From NCBI GenBank assembly GCA_002633005.1, contig NMRA01000170.1, positions 216,301 to 280,300 on the forward strand: 64,000 nucleotides of DNA, read 5' to 3'. The position numbers and the translations under genes are program-made. The first letter of the stretch is position 1. Every line of letters begins with the position of its first letter. The notes under the pieces are model-generated. The model made no database searches. It had not been told where the DNA came from and was given only the letters and a program-made list of their open reading frames with translations. Shown here in pieces: positions 25,159 through 41,500 of this stretch. This DNA is from Phoronis australis (lineage: Eukaryota; Animalia; Phoronida).

Positions 25159-28100
25159 TTAATTATCATAATGTGAAAACCATCTCTCTGTCTCTGATTT
25201 CGTTGCTTTCGTCCATGCAAAGAAGCCTGCCTGCGTCAAGTCATCTTTCAACTTTGCCTTGATCTCATCAGATGGCGACACAAGGGGTAGACGAGCTGGG
25301 CCAAGGTTTACACCAGAGAAACACATAATGGCTTTACCAACAGCTAGATCCCCGCCTGGAGAGATGGAATGATATGGACAGTTAAGACAATTTTCAAAAG
25401 AGCAATTAGAGACCATTGCTTTTTCTATAAATCTATATCTAGATTGTTTTCACAACAGTTGGGCTGTTACAAAATTCCAAAACTTTCAAAACACATCTCC
25501 GTGTTGTAGCTTACACGAGTATACCGAAATACAAGTAATGTTTATTGTCTATAAATGCAAGAGAAGACTGAACTCATGCACTCGTGCAGGCCCTTCGGTC
25601 TCGATGAAACATTCCCAGATGAAATGAATTCTCGATAAAATATGACAGTAGAGTATTCCTATGTATGTGGGATAACCTATACTTACCGTATTTGCGACAA
25701 ATTTCTTTGGTTGTGTTAGTCTTTTGCTGAAAACGAAAACATTTGATTACTGGTTGCATGGAATTAATAATGAATTTAAAATTCTGCTGGTATGCCATTT
25801 CGTGTTTCAGATTTTCTCGTATGAATATTGGAGGTCGGAAACTCAGTTGCGGTTAAAATGCACACACATACCTGCCATGTTCTTGCATTCGCCATATCGC
25901 CAGCGAGAAATGCCTCGCGAATTCGATTGTTAACCGCGCCCATGTACGATTGCACAACGCTGAGCTCAACTCCAATGGACAGAGCTGCTAGATACTGGAA
26001 AGGAATTCGTGAAATCTTATACGCATTGCTGTTTTTTTTTGCATGAAATTGATTTCTATAACATGCAACAACAGTGATGACTACGGCTACGACTACCACG
26101 ACGTGGACACTGATAATGAAGATGATGGCCGTTGTAATGTCAGTGGATAATGATGATGATGACGATGTTGATGATGATAATGACAGAGGTGCTGATGTGG
26201 TGGGGATGACCATAACGTTGATGGGCGATGTTGTTAATGGGCGATGTTGACGATGGGCGATGTTGATGATAGACGATGTTGTTGATTGGTGATGTTGTTG
26301 AAGATGATGTTGTTGGTGATGATGTTATTGTTGCTTGTCGTGATTTTGGTGACGGTGATTATGATGATGATGATGTCATACCAGCTAAATGTACAATGTT
26401 TTGTTTACCTCGCCTGATCCGTCAAGAACCTGTAGACTGTTGTCGACCATTCTTGTTAGCATCAAACTGGATGTACTTGGGCACGAATGTTTTATGCCAC
26501 GAAACGTCGGAATATCGGTCATACTTAGCTCGCATACTCTGTAGTTTTTCGCTTAAAAATATAGAAACTGTGTTAATGTGAAAGTGGCCAGTCGAAAGAT
26601 GACAAACGGATTGGTCACAGAGTTTGAATCTAGTCATTGAAACACTAATGTCGGAACATATATTTCTTCACTGTGATTGGACATGGCCTGTAATGGTGAA
26701 CGAAACGTTATGAACAAGGGCAAAATTATTTAACATATCGACACTGTCCTTCAGTGTGAACGTGCACGGTTGTTTGATACAAAGGAATCAGCTACATACT
26801 GTGAGCATTTGTTCGGATTTTGTTGGCCTGCGACAACGCAATAAAATACGTAGTAGGTCTACGGCCTTTGTTCGAAAAGGTTTTACGGAAGCAAGCGAAT
26901 TTTTCGCATGGAGCATGCCATGGAAGGAAACTATAAGTAGTTTATTAGGGTGAAATTGATAAGTCGCCCAACTATTCGCAATCAAGAACATGCGCACCAG
27001 ACTCACACGAAAATCCATTCCACAATAATTTAATATGCAAAGACTCACGTGTTATTCCAGTCATTTGACTTATGGCATAATAGAAGAACGGTGTATTGGG
27101 TGCGGCTGCTGCGATTGGCTTCATATACTCAACGACTGCTTCTGCAATTGCCAATTCATGGATTAAATAGGCTAAACTTAACACTGCATGCATAACGATA
27201 GTGGTTATGGTTTTCACTCTTTAACTTTTCGTAATTTATCATCCAAACGAAAGTTGCCTAGTTTTTTCGGCTGTTGATACCGTTTTGCAGTATATCGATA
27301 ATGTATTTTAAGAAAAACACCTTAATGACAAAACAATACCATGTGACAATAGATATGACATATCTAATTTTTGTTAAATTTACCTTCCGTTTTCGGTTTA
27401 TAATAGGACGGGGAAATGGCGGCTATAGCGTCGACACCAATCGACTGGGCATGTGCTGCTAGTTCAATACTGTCTCTCTGGTTTCCTCCACCGACGTGAA
27501 CAATGATGCATCGTAACCTTGGGAAACATTCAAAATACTTAAATTGGCAATACTTAACACATAAATAGCCCAATCGAGACTAAAAATAAAAATTGTCGTG
27601 TTATGCTTCAAATACGTCTCATATTAACTTATCCATTTGGAGTTGACTAAATACTATCTCTGTCATATCACCAACATGCCATAAAACACCTTCATTGCTT
27701 CAAGACAAGTGATAGCCAAAAAGAAAGATGCTCACTTTCCTTCGGATGTTTTCATCCAGGCCTCCGCCATTGTTTTTCTTTCTTCGATTGTTAGGGAAAG
27801 TCCTTCTCCAGTTGTTCCGTTGACTGTAAAATGACGTCAATGGAAAGTCGCGCTTTTCTATAAATACGACACTTAAGACGTCTGTTTACCCACGTTTCAC
27901 AGTCCACGAAGCGAACTTTTAATTTAGACCACTTACCGTTTCCATTTTGTTTCTTACTTAGATGAGAAGTGATGTGTGGGTTCGCAAAGAGAAAGTAGTT
28001 CGTCAATCCTTGAGACCATGTTCGTCGCATAAAATCACGACAAAATGACGTGTTCCATTTTAAAATACACGGTAATATCTCACGTAATCTCGAGAAGTCT

Positions 28101-29102
28101 TGCTTTTTAGCGAGGTCCTAAAGTTACTTAACCGCATGGGGTGGGTAAGTTAAAAAAGTTTCACAATCCATTGCTTTTGAAAGGGTATGTCAGCCTTTCT
28201 ACACTGGGGCGGCCTGTGAGGAAATGTTTATGTCCGCTTTTGGTAAGGTTAATTTTAAATATATGTAACTTACTGAAGACGTTGGATATTCCCTGGCTCT
28301 GTATGTGGTCGACGTATTCATCCAGTACTTCAGGATTGATGTCACTGAATTAAAAATACTTGCATTACCAACGATCAAGCATGTTACATGTAACCTTATC
28401 CGTGACTTTGTTTTCAACAGGTTAAAACATCAATCGAAAGATCATATAGGTTGGAGTATTTCGTAAATTAAAGCTTCATTGTATTTGCTTTTTCTGCTAT
28501 CAAAGTTCATAGAAAGCGGAGTTCAGTGTTATCTGCTGCTCTCAGGTGAGCTGTTATGAGTAGGCCAGCTCTCCATCAAAATAACTCCTGATTTAAAGCA
28601 TTTCTGGATATAAAACACTTCCCAGTCCGTTTTTTTTTTACCTAAATTGGGCGTATTTAGGGCTCATAAAGTGACAGTTTGTTTTTACTTGAGAGCAGGC
28701 TCAGTCAACGTAAGTTGGCTTGTCACGGCGGGTCATTGTACTGCATCAAGCATGATCTCACTTGCACAGGCACCAATTTTATCTGAGCACTGGAAACAAA
28801 CTGAGAGGAGTCAAAGCAGAATGTAAATCAAGAGTTTGTTTTTGACGGAACCCCGGTGTAGAGTAATATTCAAACGTGAAAATTTTCAATGTGTCATGTT
28901 GAAAGAGAGTCACGATTTGTAAATAAGCTTTTGATTTGCGTTAATACTTGTAGTTATCTGTTACAATGAGCCGGAAGACGGAGAAGTGATCGTAGTGTAT
29001 ATATATATATATACATGTATATACAAACAGTTAAGCGCCATATTTACCCGTTGTCTTTCATTGGAGTGAATGGGGCAGTAACAAGTCCCTTGACACTGAA
29101 AG
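25159..29102 (-). CDS. NPL: N-acetylneuraminate lyase (NPL)/DHDPS-family class I aldolase, divergent; 9 core exons, N-terminus unresolved
   Basis: Phase-consistent GT-AG exons 29102 (or 29095)-29048, 28344-28274, 27823-27736, 27517-27384, 27141-27049, 26551-26409, 25994-25872, 25726-25687, 25355-25159. They translate to KGLVTAPFTPMKDNG, INGTTGEGLSLTIEERK, IVHVGG, AAAAPNTPFFYY, IPTFRGIKHS and GPARLPL, collinear with animal NPL. Confidence 0.85.
26070..26380. repeat. Degenerate (GAT/GTT/GAC)n trinucleotide microsatellite in an NPL intron
   Basis: Runs of gatgatgat and gatgttgtt, plus repeated gatgggcgatgttg. Confidence 0.85.
28048..28140. repeat. Partial copy of the MITE at 29391-29531
   Basis: Near-identical to 29446-29530 (AAAATACACGG.AATATCTCACGTAATCTCG.GAAGTCTTGCTTTTTAGCGAGGTCCTA.AGTTACT). 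Confidence 0.75.
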
Positions 29103-29197
29103 CTGACAAGGATGGCTGCAATAGATCGAAACGTCAGAAGAGGATATGTCGATTGTTGTGCCTTCGTATAGGTAGACAAAATTAAAATAAACGTTAC

Positions 29198-32100
29198 TGT
29201 AATACTCTAGGGCATAGCTTGATATGGGGGACAACTGATGATTCCACCTCCTCAGTCACTTGCTGCAACAAGGAACACAAGTAAAAATGTGCCTGAAGTT
29301 TATTGTTAGTTGAAATTGTTACTTACTCGCACGCCACCTATTGGTCACATCACGTGACCTCATGAACATATCTGAAAAGATTTCCTCCCCGGGAATGCGT
29401 TCAGTAGGACCTACGCTAGGACCTAGCTAAAATCTAGCCAACGTCACGTGTTCTCATTTAAAATACACGGCAATATCTCACGTAATCTCGCGAAGTCTTG
29501 CTTTTTAGCGAGGTCCTAGAGTTACTGAACGGGAGGCGGGACTGTGCTCGAACCCTGGATCTGCTAATTTGTGCAGACACTCTAGTCCACTGAGCCATTG
29601 GGACCATTGGTCGAGCACAGAAATTCAACCAGACTTAGCAGTGGGCTGCACTATCTCGGTCATAAACTCGTAAATCAAGTTGAACCAGCCAGCAAAGATC
29701 GAAAGCATGTTTGAAGTCTTGATGGCGTACAGCCCAGACTTGGAAAAATGTTGCAATATTTCCACGATGGTTCAAGATTTACATATTCGTGCCAGGTTAA
29801 CTTATTAATACACCCAGTCATCGTCATAAGAGATTTAGCATCAAATCGCAACATAAAAAGGTTTCGAACTTCTGATATTTGGCCGGTTGAAAGTTCAGTG
29901 GCGAAATCTGACAACCTAGGGGAAGGGCGCGTAGATGTGGAATAGACAGCTTAGTTAGTGCTCGGAGAATGACGACAACAAGACATGACAGTGTTTGTGT
30001 CAAGCTTCCTGTTCGGCACAAAAGAAATGCAGAAATCCGACGTTCTGTGCGGCGCAGTATCCTCTAAAAACCTCTTCGTCACGCGTGAACTCGCCAATTT
30101 CAGCAAGAGACATTTTGAAAGTGGTAGGCACGTGCACAATACAATTTATACCATTAAGTGTACGTGCTTGAAATGACCGTCTCACAACTTTCAGTGTCAT
30201 ATTATTTATGAATATTCACATTTTATTGGTTAACTTCGAAAAGAGTGACTTTCCTTAGGTTTTTGAACCACTCCCACGGTGCTGATAGCAGTGGCAGAAC
30301 TCACAATCATTTTGGCGGCATTTGAAACTTTCCCACGGGAATCAATAGTGTCCGCAAAACTTTAAACGTTTTTCAAATTATCCACCGAAGACCTCCTACT
30401 TATGCGACGTTTATGACCGTCAAAGGCTTATTCTGGGTTGGAAAGTTTTGGCGCATTGATAGTTAAAAATGTCAAGTCATTTTCCAATGAACTAAAGCAT
30501 GATTTACGGCAGCATATGCCTTTCCCCACTTTGTCAAGTCCTGATGAAGTACCGGTCTCGGGAATTGTACACATATTACGATAAACCGTGCAGAAATAAA
30601 AGACTACGCCCAATCATCTCAGTCGTTATTTAAAACTGTATATTCTATCATAATTTTCCTAAAAACATTTCCTCAGAGTGACATGCCCGGCTTCAGAGTG
30701 ATGCTTCACGGATTACTGCGGATTTTTTCACCGACGCCCGTCTTTTTCCTCTTCTCCATGTCATCATAAGGTATGGTCACTTTGTTCACCGGACATTCCA
30801 TTGCACCCACCTAAACAAGGTGTCGACAAGCATCAAGTTCCATTCATTTTTGTCTTGGTTACACATCCAATAATATTCGGCCGATTCCACCGGCTCATTT
30901 GTATCACATGCATGTGTGTCGGTATTGATATTGTCGTACTTAACATATTACGTTGTCGCCGGGACGACAATATTTGTCGTACTGTAACAGAAACCTAGCA
31001 CAATCATGCCATTTTCACCAGAACAGTATAAACGATTGAGTGGTTTTTGACGCCGACGCCTGACCGGCACCCAACTGTCGCCCCATATGCATCCCGCCAG
31101 GTCGTCGAACTTGGTGGGAAGGTTCATGTGACTGAAACATTACGAAGCTCGTTTCATCAGTTTCGTTTTACTTATTTGCAGCTTTAAAAAATCATCACCT
31201 GGTGATATCTACTGAGTAGTAAAAGGGTTTCATACTTTTGGCCTTTAAGACCGCTCTATTGAACTTCCGAAAACTCCCAACAATTTAAATGACAATTACA
31301 GTGACTCATTGCCAACTGGCACCATCTTTGGAGATTTCATTGGCGTGCTGCATAGAAATCAACGTTTCATAATACCCCGATGAAATACGGATGAAGTACG
31401 AAATCCAAAAATGTTAGAATAGGGCGCACTCGCTATTTTATGAACATTTACCGTCATTTTACAGCACACCTGTGTACCGTACCCAAAAATGTGGAGTACT
31501 CTCGGGCTAAATATGTGGTGTCTTTAAAATAGCAAAGCGTGAGAGGATGCATATTCCAAACCTGCCTATAATTGAACTTCTGAAAGAATTGTTACGAAGA
31601 AGGGCAGTGTCTTAAAAAGGTCAACGAGACCTTCAGTTTTACAATGCAAGTTGTATAGTGTGTTGTTTTCTTGCGCACATTGATTTCGCAACACGTTGAG
31701 GGGTTGGCGGCGACGTTCGATTTCATTTACAGCCAGCAGACTACGTTAGTTTGTGTTTATAGGCGCTTTCACAAACCCGTTTTACAAACTTTTGTGGATG
31801 GTTCGAACATGCCCTCTGAGGTAATACGCTGCCAAGTACAAATTCAAGTTCGAATTTTCGATGTTAGGCTTTTAGTGAAAAATCTGTAATCTGTTGTCCA
31901 TACTACAATTTCAGTAATACACTGTGTGATAGCCATCAACATCAGTATGAACTACTTTACAACTGGAATGATCCTTCGATACTCATATTTAAAGGAATGT
32001 GTATCAAAAGTTAAAAACGAGACAGCTTTACTTGCCTTTCGGAAAAATTTCGTCAACTGCAAAGGATGAAACGTTTCCTTACCCTCTAAATGAATACACA

Positions 32101-32406
32101 CAATCGCCGGTAGGTGTCAGGCATTCCTATGACGTCACTGTACTGGTAAACAGACTGGCAACCAATGACCTATATTCATCTCATTGCTGGCAACAAAGTC
32201 GTCAAAAATACTCTAACTTCAAAGTCAATTAATTAAAAATTGAATGAAGATATGGCAAAATGAACAGCATATATCAATTTCAACACGCCTTGTGAACACA
32301 CGGATACTAAAATCATAATTCTAGGTTGACAATTAAAGAATTTATGGTGGGTTAAAGTGTGACCGCTACGTCCGACTTGTGTCGTTACCTTCTTCTTAGT
32401 TTCCAT
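29198..32406 (-). CDS. Candidate N-terminal small exons of the NPL-like gene
   Basis: 32406-32389 (METKKK, donor gtaacg), 32056-32036 (LTKFFRK, donor gcaagt), 31579-31562 (KFNYRQ, donor gtttgg) and 29262-29198 (QVTEEV...RVL, phase 2) join in frame to the acceptor at 29095. An upstream UTR donor sits at 32518. Confidence 0.4.
29391..29531. mobile_element. Short MITE (about 140 bp)
   Basis: Inverted ends CGTTCAGTA...TAGGACCTAGCTAAAA and TTTTAGCGAGGTCCTA...TTACTGAACG. A second partial copy lies at 28048-28140. Confidence 0.6.
29538..29605 (-). repeat. tRNA-derived SINE head or tRNA pseudogene
   Basis: The minus strand has a Pol III A-box TGGCTCAGTGG and a B-box-like GGTTCGAGCAC at tRNA-like spacing. 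No clean cloverleaf is evident. Confidence 0.5.
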
Positions 32407-32621
32407 CGTGCTTGTAAAGGTTACGAATGAAAGTAGATAGGTTCTTGACTTTGTGATCAATCGTGAACCCCGCAGACAACGGTTATCATATTTATTGAGA
32501 TGATAAAGGTGAGTGTACCTGCTCAATGCGCACGCATCAGGTTGCGTTGACTGTTATCGCCACCTTGCTGTAACACAGTATACTACTTCTTATTCCCAGC
32601 AGTACTTGGCTGAGGCGAACA

Positions 32622-32870
32622 CAGAGGCGGATCTATTTTTGATCCTGTCCCGAAGAGGGGGGGGGGGGNCGGGACAGGATCAAAAATAAAAATTGAAAAA
32701 AAAATTCGCCAGGAAAACGAAATAATTAGCTACTAAAAACCACAAAAAATCTCACACGGGAGGAGGGAAACCCTCTCCCCGACCTTCCTGGCCCTCGGAG
32801 CTAAGTGCCTCGGATTCGCTGCAATCCTAACCCCCCCCCCCTAATTACTGAAAACGTAGTTCTGCCACTG
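32622..32870. mobile_element. hAT-type MITE-like element
   Basis: TIRs CAGAGGCGGATCT and AGTTCTGCCACTG, with internal G/C runs. Related ends occur at 60318 (CAGTGGCGGATT) and 21272-21283. No TSD seen. Confidence 0.5.
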
Positions 32871-33893
32871 CAACATTCTGACTTCATATAAAGTCCATTT
32901 TACATTGCGTGTGATTTGACGAGATGCGTTTTACTCAAAATTCAAATTGCTTCCTCGTCCTGCTCAAGAGATCACTAGTAGTATATTCGTTCGGCCCCGA
33001 TTTGATCGCTCGCCACTTGAATATCTCTCATTGCATTACCATAATGGACTTCGATTTCGATGCAGATAAAAACAAAACGGATATAAAAGGTAAAAGCATT
33101 TATTGTTTCTCTATATATATTTATAGGTGCACTCGGATGAAAACATCACACGTACAGTTTGAGCAATATTCGGAGACCGTTGTCAGTAAGAACAAAATGA
33201 ACAAATCAGTTTGTTAAGTAACCTGTTGCTAAGCTCTTGGTTTGAGATTTAGCATATCAACATGGGTTACTTCCTTAATTTTTTGCAGTTGCCCCACTGA
33301 TCTTTCACTTTCCCTGACAATGGTTTCCATAAACGTCACATAAGCACGCACGTTCAGTTAAATAACAAAAAAAACTTTGAATACCTGTCTAATATCAAAT
33401 GCAGCCAACACATGTATAATACAAAATGCGAAACTGAATTACAAATTCATTTTCGCGCTATTACCAATAGCGGCTACTTTATATACACCAACTTTACTTA
33501 CAGTGAACATTCGAATACTATTGAATGATGTGGAATATTTCTACAGCACGTGTATTTACATTGAAGAGGAATTATGACTCTCTCTTGCTCAGTAAAAATC
33601 CTATTCCAAATTGGCAATAAAATTTCCATAAAGTATACACTGAATGAGTGAAAATAGAAATAAACTGTGCAAATTTTGTGCAGCAATACATTATAATATA
33701 CCGTGAAATTGTCAATGGAGTTATAAAAATAGAATTATATTTCCAATTAATAAATTTACAACATTAAAAAAACTTGAAAAAGCCAGTCAAATTCAATAAA
33801 CATTTTTCTCATTTGCTTTTTAGTGGGTCTTGAACATACAATATTGCCCAGTCTCGATAAAGATGGATGAATTCAATAGGAATATTTTATTTA

Positions 33894-37216
<3,323 letters not shown>

Positions 37217-37332
37217 TGCGTTTTCTTTTCTTTTTACTGGCAAATCTGGAAAAGTAAATATCGAAATAAATGCTGTGACTGACACACTTGTCACGTTTCG
37301 GAAAGAAAATCGCCCTCACTTTCGATGACTAA

Positions 37333-37590
37333 GGGCCCGGTTTTCTGAAAGTTACTTAGAAAGAAATTTGTTCTTACGATCCAACTTTACACTTGCTGAG
37401 CCAAACAATTATGAACGCGTCTCAGTTTAGAAGTAATTAACAGAAATTATCTCAGTAACCATCAATAGTACGTCTATATAGACACTTTGCACTTCTGGAC
37501 AAATGAGATTTAATTAATATTCTGAAGTGTGGAGCGTAAGATCAAAATTCTGTCTCCAGTCTTACGTCAATGGTTATGAAACAGACAACA
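37333..37590. mobile_element. Old PIF/Harbinger-like MITE in the tektin 5'UTR intron
   Basis: Starts GGGCCCGGTTTTCTGAAAG. Internal inverted match between AATTTGTTCTTACGATCCA and TGGAGCGTAAGATCAAAATT. Confidence 0.4.
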
Positions 37591-37789
37591 AGTCTACAAT
37601 AATTTTTATTCAAGTTGCAAATCGTTATTATGTCTGGGCATAATTTGTTTGCCTTGGTATCATCCACTGAAAAATTCCCTCATATATTTAGAAATTTAAA
37701 TTAAACTAAAGTTTCTACTTACATGTAATTCCTTGGCTTCACTATAGCTAATAACTACAAATCCTCACAGCTAAAGGTAATAAGCTCTC

Positions 37790-37880
37790 CCCATTGTTTA
37801 TACTAGAAACGGCCCTGGTTACTCGCCTGGGAAACCATGTGATCGATAAGAGATCTATACTCTTGTCAACGGTAACCCTA
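37790..37880 (-). promoter_or_regulatory. Putative ciliary promoter of tektin: RFX X-box-like and forkhead motifs
   Basis: CTCGCCTGGGAAAC (37822-37835) and CTTGTCAACGGTAAC (37862-37876) resemble GTNRCC(N0-3)RGYAAC. TGTTTAT at 37795-37801 is a forkhead core. All lie just upstream of the tektin non-coding exon. Confidence 0.5.
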
Positions 37881-38530
37881 TACATACCAGCACAAAATAC
37901 CATGCATCAAATATTGAGCGATTTGCTATTGATTTTGAAAAATAATATACAGAATGGATGTGCATTTGTAAAAGAAAAAAAAAACATTAAAGCGGTTCAC
38001 TCTTGACGTCGTAAGTTCCAGGTTTTTACAGCGTAACTTGTCACATTTTCTGTTTGTCTGGGAAATGTAAATAGAAACTGCCAATAGCTTTGTCCATCCA
38101 GACGGCTACTTATCCCCTCCAACCTATTATGTTTGTCGAAGCTTCTCTTCTGTCTGAATAAAATGTCAATACAATTTGCCAACACCTTATAAATGCTCTT
38201 AGAAAATTTGTCTCTTTTGTATGTCACTGAAGATTAAGACAACCATGAACAACAAACGGCAACTAAGCCTCTTCGTCAGTTCCAATGTGAAAACATTGAT
38301 ATTTCTGATTTGGAAAAAAATAAATTATCTAATTACGTTGACCTTACCATGCAATTCAAATGGTGATTACCTAAACTCTTCTATTTTCACCAAAAGTTGT
38401 TACACATTTTTCTATAGTTTTGTTGACATCATAATGCAACAATGCGTAATATTTGCCTGGTCATCGGTTACAATAGAGCGAGAACCAGACTAATCGCTCT
38501 TTAGTATTTGAAGGTAAAAACAAATCCAAT

Positions 38531-41500
38531 ATGGCTGAAGTGCAGGAGTCTGTGCCTGAACGTGAGTGATGATTTTCTTATGTTCAAGAACAAACAAGTG
38601 GTAAAATAGAGTCGCTGACATATTGGCATTTTGAATCAAAGTTTCTTAAGGGCCAGTCGGTTGTCTTCACTAGAAAATTTCAAATCGCTGGACTTATACT
38701 ACCACTCTTTAGTACGTGCTTGTGTAACATTCGACCGACAGGAGCTCCCTCATTTGTTGGCAAGGTAAACAAATTGCTTAGTCATTGTTATTGTGTTGGT
38801 CTAGATTGCCCTGGGACGGAGAGCGAAGCTGCTGGGAAGGCTGATGCTTGCCAAGGTTGCCCAAATCAACAAATATGTGCCAGTGCAAAGCCAAAAGAAC
38901 CAGACCCAGGTAAATTTGATTTTCAAACATATGTAGTAGTTCACCATTTAATAAATATTGAGATCCTGACCATTATACTATTGAAAGTAATTATGAATTA
39001 GTTGTGAAATGTATCTAGGAACCAGTACTAGAATGTATTAAACATTATTTTATAGTTTTTCTTAGTTTTACATTTTGTAATAAAATAACTATCATTTTTC
39101 CACCTTTAATTAAAAAGGTGCTTCAGAATCTTTAGTAAAAGTTGCACTTGTTTACTTATTTTCAGTGTCCCAACTCGAGCTGACCATTTTCAATTTTTTC
39201 TCTTGTTGAAGTGAATTCTTTTCCTCATAAATGATTGACTGTTGTTAAACCTCATGTATGTTAAAACAGATTTTAATTGCACGGATTTATTTTATATTTA
39301 ATTTCTCTAGAGCGTTACTAAAACTCAGCTTCACAATTTACAAAAAATTCTTTGTGTTTGTTTTCTAGCCATTGAAGAGATCAGACTGCGCTTGCTTAGT
39401 GTGAAACACAAACTGCTGGTTTTGTCAGGAAAGGGTGGAGTTGGTAAGAGTACATTCACGGCTCATCTTGCTCATGGACTGGCATCGGATGAAAATAAAC
39501 AGGTGATGTTTTACACGTGGTTACCTTTCTTTCAGGATCTGAGCTCCATTTCATGAAATTTAAATGCTTTTTCAAATATGAGCAAAATGAATTGTCTTCA
39601 TTTTGGACATTTTTCAAATCTCTGCCTAGCTGAAGTGGTCGGAATTTCATCGTGTGTTGATAGAAGACATCTACGGCACAAACTGTGGTAATCAAGACGT
39701 AAACTTTTCTACTAAATAAATTTCACTTTTCTACCACATTGCATTCTAAATCAAAAAAATCCTCTCCTGTATTCTAGATCTAAGTTTGATCATATCATGC
39801 GAACTTCTGTCACGTTACTACACTTGTTAAGCTATCCTGTTGATTGTGTCAATCAAAGCTCAGAATAAAACACGTCTGTCAAACATTACCCAGGCCCTTT
39901 TAAGATTAATGATTTCAAAATGTCAATAAGATTTCGTCATCTTATGTGACTTATTACCAGTGAGAAATTTCGGTGAAAGTTTTTTGTGCCAAATTACTAC
40001 ATCTGTGGTTACTAAATAATTTGCATTTTGTGCTGTGTGGCCAATGATTTTAAAAATGGGATTTTTGAAGAAGGGTTGTCTCAAAAAATCTGTATGCCAA
40101 AGAACTAATGTGCTGTTTCTCAGAATTGACATTATTTAGTGTTAATGAATAAAATATGAGTTTTGTGTGAAATGCTCAGTGATGGGTAAATACCACAGAG
40201 TAGTTTGAATTATTTATTTATATTACCCTGACAATGACCATGTCTTATTTCACTGTGATGTGAATGATTACGACTGTTCAAGTTATTATGCATGACCATG
40301 GTTACATCCTTTAGACCAATGATCTCACTGCCACTTGTCATTGCTTTTTGGTTACCATGGTTAAAACATTGATGAGATTGGGTTTTTATTTCCTTTTATT
40401 GATCAGTGTGGAAAGCTATAAAATGTCCTGGGAATATCTAAAGTAGAATTTGTTAAATCGATAAGCCAAGGTATATACAAAGCTTTCAGGAAAACTACAG
40501 AACCGGAATCATCCCCTGAGAGCATAAATGGTAGAATCTCACCAACTGAGGACAAAATATGATCGCGTGAAGTTTTATTTTCACATTTTTATCATATATG
40601 ACGATGCACAAAATTAACCCTTTACCATTTTTAAGGTCTATAGCATAGATACCATATGACAACATTTTCAAAATAATGTGAGAATTTGCAACGATGTTGG
40701 AAGACTATAAAAATCAAAAAGGGCAATTTAGGTAATTATTGTTGTAGGAATTTGGTTAGACTTTGTTGTAGTCCATGATGTCACATTAAACATACATATC
40801 TGGTTTATCAAAATCACTGCTATGATACAGGCATTAAGTCTAATGCTAGTTAATTCACCGTAAGCTAAGTTACATTTATGAAAGAGGCATCACCCTTCAT
40901 TTAGCATAGTTCCAGGTTATAATAGTTTTACATCACAAGTATCTGTATGGATCTTGATTCTTCTAAATTAATCTCATTTTGTCTGATCAGTATCTAAAAC
41001 TTAGTATTATATTAGCTACATTACTTGATAACTAGTTGTCAAGGGTGAGATTAGCTAATTGGTTATTAGAAACCATACTATGGCTAAGTAACTGATTATG
41101 TTGGCTAGACTGTCAGTCCTTCTACCTCCTAGCCAATTGAGCCTATGTATATACAAATCTATAATTTTGGTTTTGTTACTATAATTACTCTGAAAAACCA
41201 TTTTGGATACTTAATACTTGTTATCATTAAGGATAACATTGTTTCAAAACCCAGATCAGTTAGGTCAGTTTGAAATTAAACACCGGGTCCCTATCTTGTT
41301 GGTGTGTTGTCAATACACATGAGGAATTGAGCCAGGAGGTAGAGCATTACTTAGACAAGTACAACTTGTTAATAAGGCAATCTCAACCCAGACATCTTGT
41401 CTGATCTAACAAATACCCATTTCATTGATTCCCCTGGTCAGATTTAAATCTGAATAATTAGTTCATATCTTGCTAAAACCTGCTAAATATAAAGTAAATG

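Noticed and set aside
25995-26400. Low-complexity ORFs (Ser/Val-rich and Asp-rich) as protein extensions
   Set aside because: They arise from an intronic trinucleotide microsatellite that lacks stops. The true NPL exons are bounded by splice sites at 25994 and 26409.
29538-29605. Functional tRNA gene
   Set aside because: A and B boxes are present but no convincing acceptor or anticodon stems. Treated as a SINE head or pseudogene.
32634-32688. Perfect 19-bp hairpin around a poly-G run
   Set aside because: It spans an N at 32669 inside a homopolymer within a MITE, so it may be an assembly artefact or an ordinary TE feature.
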